A stretch of 42,822 nt of DNA from Macrostomum lignano (taxonomy: Eukaryota), in contig NIVC01000007.1 of NCBI GenBank assembly GCA_002269645.1, positions 1 to 42,822 of the forward strand, in the 5' to 3' direction. A model generated the notes under the pieces. The model worked only from the letters and a program-made list of their open reading frames with translations, did no database searches and was not told the origin of the DNA. Below are positions 37,299 to 42,822 of the stretch, in pieces (position 1 is the stretch's first letter; each line of letters begins with the position of its first letter). Position numbers and translations under genes: made by a program.

Positions 37299-37608
37299 CA
37301 GGGGTTGGCAAACTTTGGCCCGCCGGCCACATGCGGCCCGCAAAGCCTCCATCCGGCCCTTAAAATCCTTACAATTGCAACCCCGCTCATTATTTGTCTC
37401 TTCTCAGCTCTCGCCTATCGCCTCTTCTCTCTTCTCTTATCTCTCTCCTCAAATCCCTTTTCTCCTCTCCTCTCTTATCATCTCATCTCTCCTCCTATCT
37501 TCTCTCTCAGCTCATCTCTCATCTCCTCTTCCTCTCTCATCTGGCCCGCAGCAATGATCTAATAGAATCTCTAACCTGGCCCTTGATGTAAAAAGTTTGT
37601 CGACCCTG
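37299..37608. mobile_element. hAT/Charlie-like non-autonomous DNA element (MER58-like ends) with an internal CT-rich tract
   Basis: Left end CAGGGGTTGGCAAACTTTGGCCCGCCGGCC and right end AAAAAGTTTGTCGACCCTG form imperfect TIRs. No clean 8-bp TSD is visible. Confidence 0.7.
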
Positions 37609-38226
37609 TGCTATAATATACTTTGTTTAATTGTTGGTCCACAAATCCGATGCCAGGACAAGCGGCATAGTAAATCTATTTTGCTTCTTTGTCAATGATA
37701 TGCAAACAATGCATTAGAAAGGCGAACTGCACTGTCAATTATTAGCTATTGAAACATAATTTTCAAATTAAATTTGTGCTGTATCTGCCTACTCGTTTCA
37801 ATAAAATCTGTTAAATTTTAAATCCCGTTAGCTAACGTCTATAAACTATTTTCAAGTGCGTATTCTGTTTATCATTGACGATTCGTAAATTAAAAATTAA
37901 TAATAAACAAACAAATAAAGACGCCATCTTGATGCTGTAAACCAATGTTATTAGACAACCTGTTTGCTCCACACAGAATACAAAGGTATATTAAATTACT
38001 GGTAGTGGTAGTACTTGTATAAATAAAAAACAGTACAAGTTACTTTGTAATAACAATATCTAAGCATTGCAGATGTAGTACTGGTAGTAGTACACAAATC
38101 AGTGGTATTTCAGAACAGAAGATCTGGTTGAGTTGTTTTTTTAATAATAGTTAAATGGCTAATTTATATTAAATTTGGGATGTTTTTGAACGCCTTAAAA
38201 GCTTTCCAGCTGTGGACCCGACCCGG

Positions 38227-39870
38227 TCACTCGGAAATTTCGCTGGTTTCGCGCTGTTCACCCTGCGTCTGCTGCTGTTGTTTGCCCTGCCGTTTCCGCC
38301 TGCCGTGGGTCTTGGTCTCGGTCTCCTCCTGGGTGCAGTCGTTCTGAATGCGACCGCCCGGGCGAATGCAGCCAAGACGGCACTTGCTGACTTTGTGGTG
38401 AAGATATCTGCGCGGTCGGAATTGGAATTTGGGGGGGGGGGGCGTTTATTGATGTCCAATTCACTGCATGCTCAAATGTTCGTTTTTAATGGAGTGTCCA
38501 CGCAAGCTCTAGAAAGGTCTCGGCCAAACCCGCTGGATTCGATAACTGACGGTACGGTCCGAGGCTATTGTTTGGGATTTGTTCGGCGGCATGATCCTAA
38601 CAACTAGCGGTGAGGAAATTCTGCCATTCCGCAGACTCCTGATCACTCATGCACACGCTCACACAGCGTCACAGGGTGTACAGCGGCCTTTTGGCTTTCT
38701 AATCGTCAGGCATGTACAGTCTCCAGAGTTTTGAGGTCGCCTAGAATAGAGTGCCAATAAGGACGAAAATCTGAAGCCGATTTTTAGAATCCACCCACCC
38801 CTCCGGTCACCAAGCTTTTTAGTCTATGGCACAAGTTGTGGCTAGAATGGTACAAAGCCGATGCTTAGAAATATACATAGACATATACATACACAGATCT
38901 CAGACGATCGACGTCCTTTGACGAAAGGATACAGATGCATCAGAAACGCAGTTATTGCAATTAGCTACCGCGCACTTTAGTGGCATGGCTGTTGTTGTTC
39001 AGACGTAAGGGCTACATGGCATGGCTGTTACGGAGCTGCGTATCGACGACGGCAACTGAGTCTGGTGACTGAGCGATGTTGTCTTGCTTATTTGATACAT
39101 GCATTTTCTAAGTGTGAAATGTCTTATATTTCTGAGCATCGGCTTTGTACCATTCTAGCCACAACTTGTGCCATAGACTAAAAAGCTTGGTGACCGGAGG
39201 TGGTGGGTGGATTCTAAAAATCGGCTTCAGTTTTTCATCCTTATTGGCACTCTATACTAGGTGACCTCTATACTCTTTGACACTCTCTGTGCCTTGGGGG
39301 TTGGCGTCAATGTTGAATCAACGATCCTGTTAAGAGAAAGTGCACTGCTGGCTTCCAAACCCACCTAGCCGTCTGACACGCGGGCTTGGTGCACCAGACC
39401 AGCGGCACCTCGCAGGCGCAATACTCGAAGCTGATGCCAGCAACCTGCACTCCGCACGACAGGCTCTCCCTGCAGTTGCAGCAGCGGAAGCAGCGCTTGT
39501 GGTAGACTTGGGCCATTGCTGGCACTGTGTAGGCGGACGGTCCCAGGGCGATGCTGTTGCAGGCCGGACAGACCATCTGCCGGCGGCCGCTGTCCTCGGC
39601 CAGGTAGGTCGGCGGCACAACGCACGGGTCGTCTTCGAACGGCAGTCGACGCACCGGCGGGTCGTAATAGCGCTCGATTCTGACGCGCCTACGGCTGTCG
39701 TCTTTCGGAGTGTAGCAGCAGCGGTTGGTCCGCGGCACGTTGAGGTCATAGTACTCGCTGTTGCTCACGTTGTCGGGGACAGCAGCGACAGAGGTGGATT
39801 GGTCTGTGTTGGACTGCAGCGGGTCCTGTAGTGCGAGCAGATCCCCGCTATTGCACTTGTATCTACTCCA
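38227..39870 (-). CDS. Single-LIM-domain protein; exons about 39870-39365 and 38407-38227; start codon unresolved
   Basis: CPAC-x17-H-KRC-FRC-CNC-x-...WC-TKPAC gives a LIM-type spacing. AG|gtgggt...cgcag|A joins in phase 2 to YLHHKVSKCRLGCIRPGG...SEISE*. Confidence 0.7.
38621..38730 (-). mobile_element. SINE family A fragment, continued at about 39282-39305 after the MITE
   Basis: ccattccgcagactcc...gtgtacagcggcc...aggcatgtaca lies before the MITE and ctctgtgccttgggggttg lies after it, in the same order as copy 1 (765-792). Confidence 0.65.
38733..39268. mobile_element. MITE with about 143-bp terminal inverted repeats
   Basis: 38733-38875 is the near-perfect reverse complement of 39125-39268. 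The about 250-bp core is non-coding. Flanks are TT (left) and TA (right). Confidence 0.9.
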
Positions 39871-39980
39871 TTATAAAATCCACTCCTAATTACATCGCTG
39901 AGCTCTATGTTCAGCTTACTAAATAAAGCCTCATGGGAGGCTCTGGTTGTTGTCTCTTGGTGCTGATGCCCTATTGTACA

Positions 39981-40493
39981 TCATATCATAACCCTAGATA
40001 TTTTTCCCCTGGATTCCACGCAGTGGACCATGAAGCGCACCTTCACAGCGATGGCCTGCACGCGAATCCGCAGTTTAGGCTGCCTAAAGTGACCGTATAT
40101 GTGCAGGCAGGTGTAGCACAGCACGAAACCGTCAACGGAGACCAGTTTGCGACTATTTGGCACTGATTGGCGGCCGCAACAGTGGCAGCGGGCGCAGCCG
40201 TTGCACACCAGAGTGCCGTCAAGCACCATCACGTGCCAGCTGTCCTGCCGGTGCACCGCGGTGCCGCAGTAACAGTTGAGCCTCCGCATCCTCGGCAGGT
40301 CAGGGTTCAACTCGCAACGGCGCAGCGAATCCAACAGGCTCCTGTCGGCGTTCGGATCGTGAAACGTCTTCAACCAGCCGTCTTCGCCAGGTCGCCGAAT
40401 CCGCTTCGGTCTGGACGGCTGAGCATTGTCCGAGCTGTCTGTTGAGATGTCCAGCTCGACTCGATTGTTGGCAGATTTGTCGTCCGGAGCCAT
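39981..40493 (-). CDS. Divergent LIM-like zinc-finger ORF, 170 aa, intronless as read
   Basis: CYC-x20-C-NGC-ARC-HCC-x19-C-YTC resembles LIM spacing with Cys at the His position. ATG at 40493. Confidence 0.6.
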   Translation of the reverse strand: MAPDDKSANNRVELDISTDSSDNAQPSRPKRIRRPGEDGWLKTFHDPNADRSLLDSLRRCELNPDLPRMRRLNCYCGTAVHRQDSWHVMVLDGTLVCNGCARCHCCGRQSVPNSRKLVSVDGFVLCYTCLHIYGHFRQPKLRIRVQAIAVKVRFMVHCVESRGKISRVMI

Positions 40494-41546
40494 TCTGTGT
40501 TATCAAATTAGCCGAAGTCGCCTTCGAAATGGCTGGCTTTCAAGCAAACAGATTGGCAGCGTAGAAAGTTTTGCCTTTGACTGCAGAAAAGATTTCTCAC
40601 TGCCTAGTGAGTGGGGGGGGGGGTAACGGCCACAGACAGAAGCTGTAGAAGACATTAGTTGCTAAGCCAAAAGTACACACGCTTAACTCGTCCAAAGCTG
40701 TCATGTCAATTATTTTCAGTCCAGAAAGTCAACCTGTGATGAAGACTTTTAGTCTCATGTGACCATGAGGAAAAGAGGAATAGATTTAAGAGCAATCAAT
40801 ATTTAATCTCAGCTTAGTTGGAATGCATGACAGCCGATAAACAGCTTTGGCGTTAAAAAAATTTCAAACCGTTTTATTACATTTAGCTCGTATATGCCAG
40901 AAAGATGTTGATAGTTGCATAAACATTACACAGATATGTATTTTGACTTACTAAATATAGAAATAATGAACAGATAAAAAGCTATTAGATGGAAGGAACT
41001 GACAACTTTTACAAGTCAACATAATCGCTTATAGTCGTAAAGAACTGGGATCGTAAGATAAAAAACGCATTATTCAATTTATAAAAAGTACATCCTACTC
41101 ACTAAGCAGATAAAACAGTAGTATATACAACAACAACAGAATCTCAAAGCATTGCCTGTAAACTTTAACTGCGCAAGTTTCAAATGCTGCTTATACTACT
41201 TACCGTAGTTAGTTAGCTCACAAGTAGGTACTGCTTACAGATTCAAAAAGGAACCCCATTTTAAACACGCGATTTCTACATGTGACTTTAACATAGATTT
41301 CTAATTTTCTAAACTATAGGAAAGGCCAAACATATCAAAAGATGAACATTGGTTCCGCCTTCTATTAAAAGCAATAACAGATTTTGAGCTTAAAAATGAA
41401 AACTTCCTATCTCCGTAATGTATCTTTACGGAAAAACCTGTGTACTACAATTTTAAAAGAAACGAGATTTCCCGTCCTTCTACTTAAGTAGTCCTTGAAT
41501 CATAATCTGAATTCCATTTAGTTTCTAACTAGGGAACTTATAAAAA

Positions 41547-41779
41547 GGGGACTGTAGCCTAGTGGTAGACTGTAGACTGAATGGTTGGGGGTTCGATTCC
41601 CGACCCACTCGGAACAATTTGTGTCCCCGAGCAAGACACGTTTAACTCTGCATTGCTTCAGTTCACCCAGCTGTAAAATGGTAATTGAGGGTGGTTGTGG
41701 CGACCCCCTCCCAGTCCTTGGACTGAACAGCCGTACACAGTCTCCAGGATGCGCCACGCAATAGCTGCGGCTAAGCTGA
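41547..41779 (+). mobile_element. CORE-type SINE family B, copy 4 (diverged)
   Basis: GGGGACTGTAGCCTAGTGG ... GGTTCGATTCC ... CTTCAGTTCACCCAGCTGTAAAATGG. Confidence 0.85.
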
Positions 41780-41872
41780 CTTTTAATATATATTATTAAC
41801 TAGGAAGAAGTTACAGCAGAATTTTACAGACTAAAGTGATACTGTTAACGCAGCAGAGTGGAATATTAAAGT

Positions 41873-42336
41873 TCAGCCTCCAGGCGGCTGAAACACGATC
41901 GGCTCCGCTGGTCCCAGCTGGGCCGCCAGCGCCGCAGCCTCCGCGGCAAACGAGGCATCGCCTGCAGCGATAGCCGCGGTGCCTCCGCCGCCGCCGCCGC
42001 CGCCGTGGCCGCCAACGCAAGTCGGCGCCAGCGAAAGGCAGACGGTGAAATCCGGCGACTCGGTCCAGCAGCCCACCGCCGAGTGGCATTCAAAGCCAGC
42101 CAGTTGTCGAAGAAATCCGGCTCGCTGCTTTTGGCAAAGCCGAAGCCAAAGTTGGGACTGACAGCTGCGTTGCTAGGCAGGCTGTCGCCCAACAGGCGCG
42201 GGTGAATACGGCGACGACTTTGACGATTGCTGACGCTATTGTAGCCGGCTTCGGTGTCGTCATGGCGACCACAGGCGGCACGATAGCAGCCAGAGAGGCG
42301 GCGGCCACTGCCGATTCCGGGTCAGGCCAGCCGGCT
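41873..42336 (-). CDS. Probable terminal exon of an unidentified gene (frame unresolved)
   Basis: GC-rich block with GCC/GGC triplet runs between AT-rich DNA and a microsatellite. Candidate acceptor ctaatcacag|42336. No single frame spans the block. Confidence 0.35.
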
Positions 42337-42360
42337 CTGTGATTAGTGAGGGTGTGAGAG

Positions 42361-42361
<1 letters not shown>

Positions 42362-42409
<48 letters not shown>

Positions 42410-42457
42410 CAGTCAGTTAGTTAGTTAGTTAGTTAGTTAGTTGTTAGTTAGTTATTC

Positions 42458-42504
<47 letters not shown>

Positions 42505-42533
42505 CAGTTAGTTAGTTAGTTAGTTAGTTAGTC

Positions 42534-42584
<51 letters not shown>

Positions 42585-42605
42585 CAGTTAGTTAGTTAGT
42601 CAGTC

Positions 42606-42644
<39 letters not shown>

Positions 42645-42645
42645 C

Positions 42646-42676
<31 letters not shown>

Positions 42677-42677
42677 C

Positions 42678-42712
<35 letters not shown>

Positions 42713-42732
42713 AGTTAGTTAGTTAGTTAGTC

Positions 42733-42777
<45 letters not shown>

Positions 42778-42796
42778 TTTAGTTAGTCAGTCAGTT
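42362..42796. repeat. (TTAG)n = (CTAA)n microsatellite with TCAG variants
   Basis: Direct reading, about 435 bp. Confidence 0.99.
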
Positions 42797-42822
42797 ACCA
42801 GACCTGTGAGTCATAAATCAAG

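Overview
Gene-dense eukaryotic (metazoan) DNA with GT-AG introns, so the supplied prokaryote-style ORF track is mostly misleading. I assembled the genes by hand from splice sites and reading phase. Abundant tetranucleotide microsatellites, Q/A-rich coding sequence and SINE content suggest a free-living flatworm such as Macrostomum (inference only). Left to right: an Lbx-like homeobox gene (eh1 + homeodomain, with a 1-nt frameshift); a calmodulin-like gene; a two-TM membrane protein; a complete 10-exon synapsin with a complete 5-exon TIMP nested antisense in intron 5; a three-member cluster of secreted 'degenerate PAN-like Cys domain + fibrinogen (FReD)' genes (one near-intact with a premature stop, one inverted pseudogene, one frameshifted/truncated); a decayed class A GPCR fragment; a type I membrane mucin; a C6orf89-like cupin protein; two divergent LIM-domain coding regions; and an unresolved GC-rich exon. 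Repeats include two tRNA-derived SINE families (one with a MIR-like CORE), a hAT/Charlie-like MITE, a long-TIR MITE nested in a SINE, several minisatellites and large (ACTT)n, (GACA)n and (TTAG)n arrays. There are no rRNA genes, true tRNA genes or CRISPR arrays. Several 1-nt frameshifts in otherwise intact genes may be assembly indels and need read-level checking.
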